This document shows positions 37,314 through 46,292 of a DNA stretch of 55,137 nucleotides, in pieces (the first letter of the stretch is position 1; every line of letters starts with the position of its first letter). Under the pieces are notes generated by a model that worked only from the letters and a program-made list of their open reading frames with translations, made no database searches and was not told the DNA's origin. This DNA comes from an uncultured virus (IMG/VR IMGVR_UViG_3300020445_000001). Its lineage: Duplodnaviria; Heunggongvirae; Uroviricota; Caudoviricetes. The stretch lies in IMG/VR virus record IMGVR_UViG_3300020445_000001. One strand, written 5' to 3'. The position numbers were made by a program, and so were the translations under genes.

Positions 37314-38182
37314 TATTCTAATATCCCATAAACTGTGAATTGACCTTTTGTTATATTACCACTTGCACCCATAAACTTAATATAATTTTGTGCTGTTGTT
37401 AATGAACTTTCAAATCCAAACCATATATAATATGGTGAACCATTATTGTTTTGATGTATATATGTGCCGTGATATATTTTATTGTTTTGTGTTTCTGTAA
37501 AATATGGTAAATGAAGTTCTAAAAAATTAGTTTTTATAGTGCTTGTTGCATCGTGAACCCAACCTTCAAATTCGTGATAATTAGTCTTTGCCGAAAATGC
37601 CGCACCAGCTTCTGTACCACTTCCCATTGTTCTATAAAAATAACCTCCATTACTTGTAAAAGAAATTGTTGAACCATTATCTGGTGAATCAGCAAATCTA
37701 AAATTAGCATTTGTTGATAAAACAAAATCGTTAATTCTAATTAAATAACTCTTATATGTTGATGTAAAAACTGTATTGTTAAAAGCAATTTCTGAACTTG
37801 CTGAAGCATTGGTTGTTGCTAATTTTACCAGTGTGCCTGCCGAACCAAATTCAAATGCACTACCAGCACTATTAACTTTAAGTGCTTGTCCACCAGAACC
37901 TAAAGTATTAATGTTAAACAATCCAATTTTATCTACAAAAGTTTCGTCAAAAAGTATTCTATCATCTGCATTTGTACTAGAACCATCTGTACCATTTAAT
38001 GATAAAAAGTCGCCCTTGTTTGCACCAGCGCCATCTGTTCCATCTAATATAATTGAATCGTTTTGCAGACCTAATCGTGTATCTGCATCTATTTTTATTT
38101 TTGATATACTAGAGTTTGCAATATCAACAGCTTGTATTGATGCATCTGCAATAGCTCTACTTGGTAATGTTCTTATTGGCAC
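37313..38182 (-). CDS. Tail-fibre-like virion protein (GTG start)
   Basis: GQALKVNSAGSAFEF linker, LVKLATTNAS...TYKSYLIRI...GQFTVYGI tip-like domain; AGGAG SD. Confidence 0.65.
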   Translation of the reverse strand: MPIRTLPSRAIADASIQAVDIANSSISKIKIDADTRLGLQNDSIILDGTDGAGANKGDFLSLNGTDGSSTNADDRILFDETFVDKIGLFNINTLGSGGQALKVNSAGSAFEFGSAGTLVKLATTNASASSEIAFNNTVFTSTYKSYLIRINDFVLSTNANFRFADSPDNGSTISFTSNGGYFYRTMGSGTEAGAAFSAKTNYHEFEGWVHDATSTIKTNFLELHLPYFTETQNNKIYHGTYIHQNNNGSPYYIWFGFESSLTTAQNYIKFMGASGNITKGQFTVYGILE

Positions 38183-38201
38183 TTTATTCTCCTACTCTTA
38201 T

Positions 38202-39002
38202 TTATTCATCACTACCAGTTTCTGGATTAAAGTCTTTTGCATCTTGGAAGAAAGATGTTGTTTCATTAAATCCAAAGTTATCATCAAAATCAGCAGATAC
38301 TGGTTCTGGTGTGACACTATATCTTTGTTCTCTCTTAGGTGATTTGTCTGGTAAATCTGTAAACTGGTCAACTTGAACTGATTTGATAACAGACTGTGAA
38401 GTAACAGGCCCATACAAATAAAATTTTGCAGTAAAAGATAATGTATAAATGATTGCTCGTCTTGTTGTGAAATCACCTTCGTAATTATCTTCGTAATCTA
38501 TACCAGTCAATACAATAGGTACATCTCTTTTTTGTTTCATATCTAAATTATCATTGACTGTAATTGTATATTCTGGTTGAAAAAAAGGTAATATCTGTTC
38601 TATAATTTGTAGTGCATCATCACCACTTTTTGCCATAACAAATAATTGTAAATCAACATTATAAGGTACAGGCATATATTGTGTTTCTAATTTAGAAGAA
38701 CCTTTTGCACTTGTTTTTCTAATCTTTGTAACACGATTTAATTTTCTAGTTGTATCGTAAGAAAGTGTTTGTATTTCAAATGCAATTCTTGGTAATGTGA
38801 TTGCAGTTGTTTTACTAATACTTGCATCTTCTCTAATTCTTGTAAGGAACTTTTGTTTAGGCCCATATGCTAATGGAACTTTCATAGATTGTGTAATATT
38901 ACCAGAACTATTCTTTCTGATAATTTGAATATTATTAAAAATAGTACCAAATGATACTATAATTTTTCTAATTGTTTCGTGATAAAATTGTTGTCCTAAC
39001 AT
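38202..39002 (-). CDS. gp15: Tail sheath stabilizer / completion protein
   Basis: FYHETIRK....FGTIFNNI...VPLAYGPKQKFL...LPRIAFE...QIIEQILPFFQP. Confidence 0.96.
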   Translation of the reverse strand: MLGQQFYHETIRKIIVSFGTIFNNIQIIRKNSSGNITQSMKVPLAYGPKQKFLTRIREDASISKTTAITLPRIAFEIQTLSYDTTRKLNRVTKIRKTSAKGSSKLETQYMPVPYNVDLQLFVMAKSGDDALQIIEQILPFFQPEYTITVNDNLDMKQKRDVPIVLTGIDYEDNYEGDFTTRRAIIYTLSFTAKFYLYGPVTSQSVIKSVQVDQFTDLPDKSPKREQRYSVTPEPVSADFDDNFGFNETTSFFQDAKDFNPETGSDE

Positions 39003-40171
39003 TATGTTTCCTTCCCAGCGTCACCAAATGGATTTGATTCACTAAAGTCTAATATTGTATTATCTAAATTTTCAAAATCTTCAATCTGAGATTTTTCATC
39101 AATAGTATCTACATTATACTCTTCATTAATTAGATAATGATTTTCTTCTTTCATTTCAGTTATTGTTGCAGTAAACCCATTGTTTCTACCAGTAATAACT
39201 TCATCTTTTGCAAATGTTCCAGTTATATATTCAAAGTGTAATGTGTTACTATTTATTAATTTAATATAAGCCTGTCCACCGTTTGCACCAGTGATAACTT
39301 CGTCTAATTCAAACGCACCAGTTTCATCTTTAACTGTAATGTAATAAGTATCAGCAGTTTCAAGTAATATAGAACTTGCACCATACTGTGTTTCAGAAAT
39401 TAAATTATCACCAGCATCAGAACCACCACCATCTGTTCTATCTAATAATAATAAATCATTATCTTCTAATGAAATTTCTTCTGTGTATGTTCCAGTTTGT
39501 TCTAATGTGAATTGATATGAAAGTGCATCTAAACTACTATCAGTTTCTATTTGGTCAATCGCACTTACACCAGTATCAATACCTTCACTTCCATATTCAA
39601 ACAATCTACATTTTAATTTATAAACTGGATTGTTATCTAATTGAAAGAAAGGTTCATCGTGGTCAACAAAACTGATTTCAAACATTTTATTAATAATAGG
39701 ATGAAAAACTAAATCACCCTCTAAAGGTCTATCTGCATCAGTAGATTCATCTTCATTTACAAGATATGCACTTTCACTTGTAGTTGTTTCATCTTCTAAT
39801 AATACTGCACCAAAAGTTTCAGTAGTACCAGACTCTAAAACAACTTGTTTTGTTATGTCTTGAAATCTTTCTTTACTTACGACAAAGGTAACTTCATCTT
39901 TGATATCTAAACCAAACTTTGATACTAATTCTTTCTCACCCTCAAGACCACCCTCTGCATTTTCTACATACATTTCTATAAGTTGTGATTCAGAAAAAGT
40001 TGAAGATGTATCTTCACCAAATAAAGTATCTTCATTTACAAATGTTCTATTTACATAATAGACATCGTGTCCGTGAATCTGGATAGCTTCTTTGATTAGA
40101 TTTTTATATAAGTTTCTCTCGGCAGATATAGAAGTTTTATTACTGTCGTGAAAAAATTTGTTGACTGCCAT
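39002..40171 (-). CDS. gp14: Neck protein
   Basis: EAIQIHGHDVYY...IEMYVEN...SKFGL.I.DE.TFVVSK.RF...PFFQL....VYKLKC.LFEY...LDFSESNPFG. Confidence 0.93.
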   Translation of the reverse strand: MAVNKFFHDSNKTSISAERNLYKNLIKEAIQIHGHDVYYVNRTFVNEDTLFGEDTSSTFSESQLIEMYVENAEGGLEGEKELVSKFGLDIKDEVTFVVSKERFQDITKQVVLESGTTETFGAVLLEDETTTSESAYLVNEDESTDADRPLEGDLVFHPIINKMFEISFVDHDEPFFQLDNNPVYKLKCRLFEYGSEGIDTGVSAIDQIETDSSLDALSYQFTLEQTGTYTEEISLEDNDLLLLDRTDGGGSDAGDNLISETQYGASSILLETADTYYITVKDETGAFELDEVITGANGGQAYIKLINSNTLHFEYITGTFAKDEVITGRNNGFTATITEMKEENHYLINEEYNVDTIDEKSQIEDFENLDNTILDFSESNPFGDAGKET

Positions 40172-40174
40172 AAC

Positions 40175-40993
40175 TTATCCTACCATATAATTTATTGGTA
40201 ACTCAAATCCTAGTTTCATTTCTTCTTCTAACTTAGTGATTTCATCTAACGCTTGTTGATAGATTGCTTCACCGTTCATAGTAACTCCACCTAACATTTG
40301 AACACCATTAAATTTTGATAGGTTAGAACCCCATTGTTTTTTAATTAATGCAGTTGCATATCTTTTTAAATACATATCATCAAATACATCTGTGTATACT
40401 GCTGGGTCTAATTTTCTATAACATTCAATTAAAAGAAAATCACCGTTATTGAAATCTTTTTCCATATCTGCGTGAATATATAATCTGTTTTGATGTTCTT
40501 TGAAATCTATTGGATATTCACCAGTAAGAATGTGGTCTAGAAAATCTAGATGCCTCATTGTCATTTCATAGTGAATTATTGAAGTTGAACTGAAATCATA
40601 TAAATCATTTAGTCTTAATTGATAACGAACATCAAATAAATTTTGAGTTAATTTATCTGTTACTGGGTATACTTTTACAACTGATAATACACTATCTGGA
40701 ATAGGTAAATAATTTTCTTGTTGTAAGAAGTCTGCTGTAATTGAACTATCAACTTTATCAGTTGCTGTAACTGCACTTTCATTACTTCTCATTCTTGTAA
40801 TTTCAGTGGTTGTTAGTTGATGTTTTAAATATACTCTTTCAATACCATCATAGTGGTATTTTGAAAAATATTGTAAAGCTTCATCTACTCTATCATCTAA
40901 TTGGTCATCAGATATATTGATATCAATGACACCTTTACCTAATGCTCTTAAACAATATTCTTTAAATGTTGACTTTGAAGTAGGTACTGCCAT
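40175..40993 (-). CDS. gp13: Neck protein
   Basis: EYCLRALG..VIDINI..DQLDDRVDEALQYF..YHYDG...KRYATALIKKQWGSNLSKF.G.QMLGGVTMNG. Confidence 0.96.
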   Translation of the reverse strand: MAVPTSKSTFKEYCLRALGKGVIDINISDDQLDDRVDEALQYFSKYHYDGIERVYLKHQLTTTEITRMRSNESAVTATDKVDSSITADFLQQENYLPIPDSVLSVVKVYPVTDKLTQNLFDVRYQLRLNDLYDFSSTSIIHYEMTMRHLDFLDHILTGEYPIDFKEHQNRLYIHADMEKDFNNGDFLLIECYRKLDPAVYTDVFDDMYLKRYATALIKKQWGSNLSKFNGVQMLGGVTMNGEAIYQQALDEITKLEEEMKLGFELPINYMVG

Positions 40994-41012
40994 AACTAAT
41001 CCTTTTTATAAC

Positions 41013-41020
41013 TATTTATA
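41013..41020 (-). promoter_or_regulatory. Late promoter for gp13
   Basis: TATAAATA in the intergenic gap. Confidence 0.75.
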
Positions 41021-41031
41021 ATAAAAAGAGA

Positions 41032-41778
41032 TTATGTTCGTTTTTCAGCACCCTCCATAGTAAGAAAACCTTTTGCATCGTGTCCCTCTCTCTCCTCTTT
41101 AAAAGTAGCATCTTTTTTAAAACGAAAACTTACATTACCAGAAACACTTACTCTTAACCCTTTTTTACCCTTTAATTCTGATAAATTAGGTTCTACTTCG
41201 TGTACAGCCCAAGATGGAAACATAATTAATCTGCCTGGAACTGGAGCCCAATATACTTCATTAAGTGTTTCTCTTAATCTAGGTTTTTTTGGGTTGTATG
41301 GTAATTGAACTGCGATTGCTTGAGCTCTAGGGTCAGAAAACCATATACTTCCACATTTTTCTGGAGATTGTAAATAATAAACAAAACTAAAGTGTGTGCC
41401 TGGGTGAGTATGATTACGATTATGAGCACCAAACTGAGAAACATTTGCCCACATATTATCAATGACTGGTTCTGTATCTGGATTTAAATCCATCATTTCT
41501 TTTATTTTAAAACCTATTTGAAGTGCTTCTTTTCCCAAATCTTCATATTCTTCTCGCATATGCATATCTACTGCACTATGCCAACCTCTTGAGTTAGAAC
41601 GAACAATACCTTGATTATCGTCATCTTTCCATTTAAAAATATGTTTTAACCATTTTTTATTTCTTTCTTCATAATTTAAAATATCAACAAAATGAAATAG
41701 TGTTGGAAACCATATCTCAGATGTTATCTTTCCTCTTTTATCTAATGGGACTTGTTGTGCGAGTTTATTAAATGTCAT
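41032..41778 (-). CDS. 2OG-Fe(II) oxygenase (TIGR02466-like)
   Basis: WFPT...MWANV......NRNHTHPG..FSFVYYL...F.DPR...GRLIMFPSWAVHEVEPN...RVSVSGN; ATGA overlap at the start. Confidence 0.88.
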   Translation of the reverse strand: MTFNKLAQQVPLDKRGKITSEIWFPTLFHFVDILNYEERNKKWLKHIFKWKDDDNQGIVRSNSRGWHSAVDMHMREEYEDLGKEALQIGFKIKEMMDLNPDTEPVIDNMWANVSQFGAHNRNHTHPGTHFSFVYYLQSPEKCGSIWFSDPRAQAIAVQLPYNPKKPRLRETLNEVYWAPVPGRLIMFPSWAVHEVEPNLSELKGKKGLRVSVSGNVSFRFKKDATFKEEREGHDAKGFLTMEGAEKRT

Positions 41779-42434
41779 ACATAACTTGGGCCGTGTAACC
41801 AACCCTCAATACAATTTCTTACACCCTTTGTAACTTTAGTAACACGCCAAGGGACAAAAGATGGAAATATAATTATTTGACCTTTTTGTCTAAATAATTT
41901 ATTATCCGTAGTCATATTCATTAATTCAATATGTCCACCATCATAATCTTTGGTGTCAGATAATTGAATAATAAAAGTTAATTTTCTAAATGGTGCATTG
42001 TTTCCAATGTCTAAATGATAATTATAGAAGTTTTTGTTCTTATAACAAACTATTTGTGGATTGTCTGCTTGATAAAAACCAGCAAGTTGCATTTTAAAAT
42101 TTTTATCATTAGCTTGTTGTGCAAGTTCTAACACTTTAGTATAGGGCCAACCTTTATCGTTCATAGGTAAAGATTGTTGTGTTGCTTTTCTCACACCTTT
42201 TAATGAACTATCAACCCATAATTCTTTAACTGTTTCTTTTACTATTGCATCACATTCTTTTTCTGCAAAAAACTGTGATGTTAATATAGAAACTATATTT
42301 TTATTACCTACCAGTTTGACAATATTTTTATCATCTGGTTCAACAATATTTTTTTCTTGGGTTTCTTCTTTTTTTTCTTCCTCTTTTTTAGGAAGTTCCA
42401 GAGTATCAATCTCTGAGTCTGTAAATGTATTCAT
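41775..42434 (-). CDS. 2OG-Fe(II) oxygenase (PKHD type) lacking the distal His
   Basis: YNYHLD...RKLTFIIQLSD...YDGG...IFPSFVPWRVTKVTKGVR. Confidence 0.8.
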   Translation of the reverse strand: MNTFTDSEIDTLELPKKEEEKKEETQEKNIVEPDDKNIVKLVGNKNIVSILTSQFFAEKECDAIVKETVKELWVDSSLKGVRKATQQSLPMNDKGWPYTKVLELAQQANDKNFKMQLAGFYQADNPQIVCYKNKNFYNYHLDIGNNAPFRKLTFIIQLSDTKDYDGGHIELMNMTTDNKLFRQKGQIIIFPSFVPWRVTKVTKGVRNCIEGWLHGPSYV

Positions 42435-42453
42435 AATTTTTCACCTTTTAATA

Positions 42454-42481
42454 ATTATACACTATTTTTTATCAATGTCAA
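42454..42481 (-). promoter_or_regulatory. Sigma70-type promoter for the oxygenase pair
   Basis: TTGACA-N16-TATAAT followed by AAGGTG SD. Confidence 0.7.
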
Positions 42482-42974
42482 TAGGGTTTTTAATTTGGTC
42501 AACATCTGCATTAGTAGGTTTTATTAACCATTGTTTTGTTCTGTGTTTTTGTCCATTAAAAACTTTTCCCTCTTTTGCATTTTCTAACCATTTATGTAAT
42601 CGTGTAGATTTTACTGGTTTATATTCTTCTACCCAACCACCATCTAATTTTCTAGATAACCTACCACCAGTTTTAGGTTTAGGCATTTTATTCCAGTGAA
42701 AATGTTGTTTATTAGTATTATTACTCATATAATAATTTTTTTTATGATATGTTCCTTCTTTGATTGCAATCCAAGTTTTAATTTGTTCTTTTTGTCTTTC
42801 TTTTTTACGAATCATTCGTTCCCAACGAAACAATCTTTGTGTTTCATCTTCTACTGTATAGAAACGACCTTGTTCATCAATCTTTGTACCACTATATCTT
42901 TTATCGTGATAACTTATGATTGGAGGAAATTCTTCTTTTGATGGGGTTTTGTATTTTTGTTTAAATATCTTCAT
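42462..42974 (-). CDS. Basic hypothetical protein
   Basis: 170-aa Lys/Arg/Trp-rich ORF; no recognised motif. Confidence 0.6.
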   Translation of the reverse strand: MKIFKQKYKTPSKEEFPPIISYHDKRYSGTKIDEQGRFYTVEDETQRLFRWERMIRKKERQKEQIKTWIAIKEGTYHKKNYYMSNNTNKQHFHWNKMPKPKTGGRLSRKLDGGWVEEYKPVKSTRLHKWLENAKEGKVFNGQKHRTKQWLIKPTNADVDQIKNPIDIDKK

Positions 42975-42987
42975 AATAATATATATT

Positions 42988-44598
42988 CTATGCCCACTGG
43001 AGTGCTACACCGTGAATTTTATTTGTAGCAGTAAGTGATGAACCGACTATCTTCCAACGAAGTCTAACTTGAGGGCTTGCAGACCCAGTAAGAGGTGTAC
43101 TTCCAGAAAATATCTTAATACCAGAACTACCTGCTTGAAAACCTTCATCTGTTAATGTAATAGAATTAAATGTAGTGTTATCCCTAGTTGCAGATACACT
43201 TATGTCTGTATTTAAATCATCTGCTATTTCTGCAAATACAACTATTCTTGCTTTACTTGGTGTTGAACTTGCAGTAAATGTGTCAGATACTAAAGTCATA
43301 CTTGAACTTGTAACCGTTGCCTGTGAAACAGATACGATTACAATTCCAGAACCACCAGTACCACCAGTGCCTGGATTTCCACCGCCTGTACCACCATTAC
43401 CAGTATTTGCAGCTGCATCTGCACCAGCACCACTAACTGCTTCTGGGCCACTATTACCACCAGTTGCATAAGTTACTGGACTAGAACCATCTGCGATATT
43501 ATATGCAAGACCAACACCGCCTGGATTTAATGCATTTTGTGGTTCAGTTGGTAAGTTATCATTACCTACTGCTCCAGCACCACCACCGCCTGCACCATCT
43601 CTATGTCCATCTGGTGGAGTTTGTGGAGTTGCTTGTGAACCAGCACCACCTCTGTTTCCAAAACCACCAGGCGAATTTAGTGGTAATACACTTGGTGTCA
43701 AAGGAGTTGGATGATTTGAAACTTGTGTACTTGTTCCAATATAATGTTGACCTTGAGGTGTTGGATTAGTTGGCAAACCAGTTGCTGGCAAAGGTAATGC
43801 ATCTGAACCAAATCTTTCACCAACTGGTTGATATGCTGGAACGACACCCATATCTGGAACTTTACCACCAATACCACCACCAGAACCACCAGGCCTTCCT
43901 AAAAAATGACTTTGTGGGAAACCTTGTGAATCTCCACCTTTACCTCCACCTTCACCTACTAAGGGTAAAGGGCTTGGGTGATTAAAACTTGAGTCTGCAC
44001 CATTGTAAGCAAATGAAGGATGAGGGCCACCAGGCGCAGGCGTTTCTCCCATACCAGCACCAACAACATATTCATAAGTAGCTCCACCAGTAACTGGATA
44101 GTTTGGATAATAAATTAAACCACCAGCACCACCACCACCAGTTCCGTCTGATGCACTTCCACCTCCAGCACCCCCACCACCAACAACAAGAACATTTACA
44201 CCAGTTGCAGTTGCTGGTGCAGTGTAATCTCCAGTACCAGAAGAAAAAGTAGTTATTGCAGTTGTATTGGGAACAGACCCTGCTGATTTATTTTCATAGA
44301 AATCTGAAGTTGCATCATATAGTGCGTTTGAATTTTCTGAAGTATCTATACCACCCTCACTATGAAACTCATCAACAATACCATCTTTTAAATTATATAC
44401 TGTCAAACCTTCATTGACTGCGTGTTTGAATCCTAATACACCAATATTGAAAGGTGTGTTTGTGTCTGCTAAATCGGTATCAATTTCAGTTTTTGTAGAT
44501 GTGATACTTGCACTAGGTGATATGTCTGCATCAGTAATAGTTCCATCTGTGATGTCAGTTGATTTTATCTGAGTTAAACCAGTTAAGGGATTTGGCAT
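42988..44598 (-). CDS. Gly/Pro-rich virion fibre/adhesin-like protein, paralog 4
   Basis: Same N and C modules as paralogs 1-3. Confidence 0.8.
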   Translation of the reverse strand: MPNPLTGLTQIKSTDITDGTITDADISPSASITSTKTEIDTDLADTNTPFNIGVLGFKHAVNEGLTVYNLKDGIVDEFHSEGGIDTSENSNALYDATSDFYENKSAGSVPNTTAITTFSSGTGDYTAPATATGVNVLVVGGGGAGGGSASDGTGGGGAGGLIYYPNYPVTGGATYEYVVGAGMGETPAPGGPHPSFAYNGADSSFNHPSPLPLVGEGGGKGGDSQGFPQSHFLGRPGGSGGGIGGKVPDMGVVPAYQPVGERFGSDALPLPATGLPTNPTPQGQHYIGTSTQVSNHPTPLTPSVLPLNSPGGFGNRGGAGSQATPQTPPDGHRDGAGGGGAGAVGNDNLPTEPQNALNPGGVGLAYNIADGSSPVTYATGGNSGPEAVSGAGADAAANTGNGGTGGGNPGTGGTGGSGIVIVSVSQATVTSSSMTLVSDTFTASSTPSKARIVVFAEIADDLNTDISVSATRDNTTFNSITLTDEGFQAGSSGIKIFSGSTPLTGSASPQVRLRWKIVGSSLTATNKIHGVALQWA

Positions 44599-44601
44599 AA
44601 T

Positions 44602-46290
44602 TTATTTCCACTGCAACGCAACACCGTGTATTTTATTTTCAGCAGTTTGATTACTTCCAACAATTTTCCAACGGACTTGTACTTGAGGTTGGCCAGGTGC
44701 AGCTCCAGTTAATGTAGTAGAACCAGAATATACTTTTGTACCACTACTACCACTTACATAACCAGTATCTGTTAATGTGATTGCATCGTAGTTAGTGTTA
44801 TCTCTAGTTGCAGAAGCTGTAAAATCTGTATTTAAATCGTCACCCACCTCTGCAAATACTACGAGTCTTGCTTTACTTGGTGTTGAGTTTGCAGTAAATG
44901 TATCTGATACTAATGTGCTACTTGTGGATGTAGTTAATGCTTTCATTTCCAATACGACTATTTGTCCACTACCACCATCACCGCCTGGCATATTAAAATA
45001 AGAAGGGCCTGAACCGCCTGGGCCTCCTGCGTGTGAACCACCTCCACTACCAGTATTTACAGCACCAGCATATCCAGTATCAGCTGCAGGATGATGAGTA
45101 GTAAATGGTTCGTGGTTTCCATCACCACCACCACCTTCACCACCTTCTGTTTCAGCGCCTGGTGCATATCTACCACCAGAACCACCACCAGCAACTTTAC
45201 CATCTGGGTGAGCATAACCAGTAGGAATCCAACTTAATTGTGGGTTAGGAGCTCCTAGTGCAATACCATCACCACCAACACCAGCATTTGCACCACTAGC
45301 AGCTGTTCCTGCTGCACCAGCACCACCTCCGCCTCCACCAGCATAACCTGGCCCAGAAGCATAACAGATACCACCGTCAAATCCTTGTTGTGTTAAATCT
45401 CCAGCAGGATGTCTATTTTCTCCAGTTTCACCTTCACCTACTGTGCCATCTTCATAACCACCACCTCCACCAGAACCACCAGGCAATCCATCTGTTAATT
45501 CTTGGCCAGGAAAGTCTGGGTCAGATGAAGGCTCACTAAATGAATATCCGTGTCCACCAGAACCACCACCTTCTGCTAAAACAGTAGGGCCAAAAGTTGT
45601 ATCGTTGCCTGGTCGTGAGTTTCTTCCTCCTGCCCATTGGGGATTTGCTATTGAAAGTGGGCCGACTGCAGGCCAATCAACGGGAAAATATGGTTGTTCT
45701 GGAGTTGGATAAGATGGGTGATAAGGTTGAAATCTACCTTCACCACCAGCTCCAACAACATATGCAACACTACCACCACCAGTTACTGGAACATCAGCAT
45801 CTAAAAATACACCACCAGCACCACCACCAGCACCACCACCAGAACCTAGTCCACCGCCACCACCAGCGCCACCACCACCGATTGCAAAAACTTTAACCTC
45901 AGTTGTAGTTGGTTCATTTGAAAATGTACCAGGCCCAGTTGATGTTAATCTTGTTAGAGTTGCTTGAGGTGAAGGAATAGGATTAGGGCCGTCTAAATTT
46001 GAATAAAAATCGGAACTAGCATCATATTTTGTAGTTGCATTTTCTGATGTGTCTATACCACTTTCATTGTTGAATTCATCAACAATACCATCAATTAAAT
46101 TGAAAACAGTAAGTCCTTCACTTACTGCCATCTTAAAACCTAAGACACCAATATTAAATGCGTTTGTACTAATTTGGGCTGCATCTAATCCAGCAACTTT
46201 AGATTCTGCAATACCAGCAGTTGGACTAATGTCTGCATTTTTTACTTCAGCGTCTTTTATGTTTGATGATTTGATAGTTGTTAATGGCAT
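44602..46290 (-). CDS. Gly/Pro-rich virion fibre/adhesin-like protein, paralog 5
   Basis: Same N and C modules; unique core. Confidence 0.8.
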   Translation of the reverse strand: MPLTTIKSSNIKDAEVKNADISPTAGIAESKVAGLDAAQISTNAFNIGVLGFKMAVSEGLTVFNLIDGIVDEFNNESGIDTSENATTKYDASSDFYSNLDGPNPIPSPQATLTRLTSTGPGTFSNEPTTTEVKVFAIGGGGAGGGGGLGSGGGAGGGAGGVFLDADVPVTGGGSVAYVVGAGGEGRFQPYHPSYPTPEQPYFPVDWPAVGPLSIANPQWAGGRNSRPGNDTTFGPTVLAEGGGSGGHGYSFSEPSSDPDFPGQELTDGLPGGSGGGGGYEDGTVGEGETGENRHPAGDLTQQGFDGGICYASGPGYAGGGGGGAGAAGTAASGANAGVGGDGIALGAPNPQLSWIPTGYAHPDGKVAGGGSGGRYAPGAETEGGEGGGGDGNHEPFTTHHPAADTGYAGAVNTGSGGGSHAGGPGGSGPSYFNMPGGDGGSGQIVVLEMKALTTSTSSTLVSDTFTANSTPSKARLVVFAEVGDDLNTDFTASATRDNTNYDAITLTDTGYVSGSSGTKVYSGSTTLTGAAPGQPQVQVRWKIVGSNQTAENKIHGVALQWK

Positions 46291-46292
46291 AT

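Noticed and set aside
31800..45900. ACC/CCA microsatellite-like runs and His/Gln-rich or Val-rich alternative-frame ORFs
   Set aside because: These are by-products of GGT glycine codons in the real minus-strand genes.
31440..46290. Diversity-generating retroelement or invertase shufflon acting on the paralogs
   Set aside because: No reverse transcriptase or recombinase in the window, all copies are co-oriented, and the differences are not adenine-specific.
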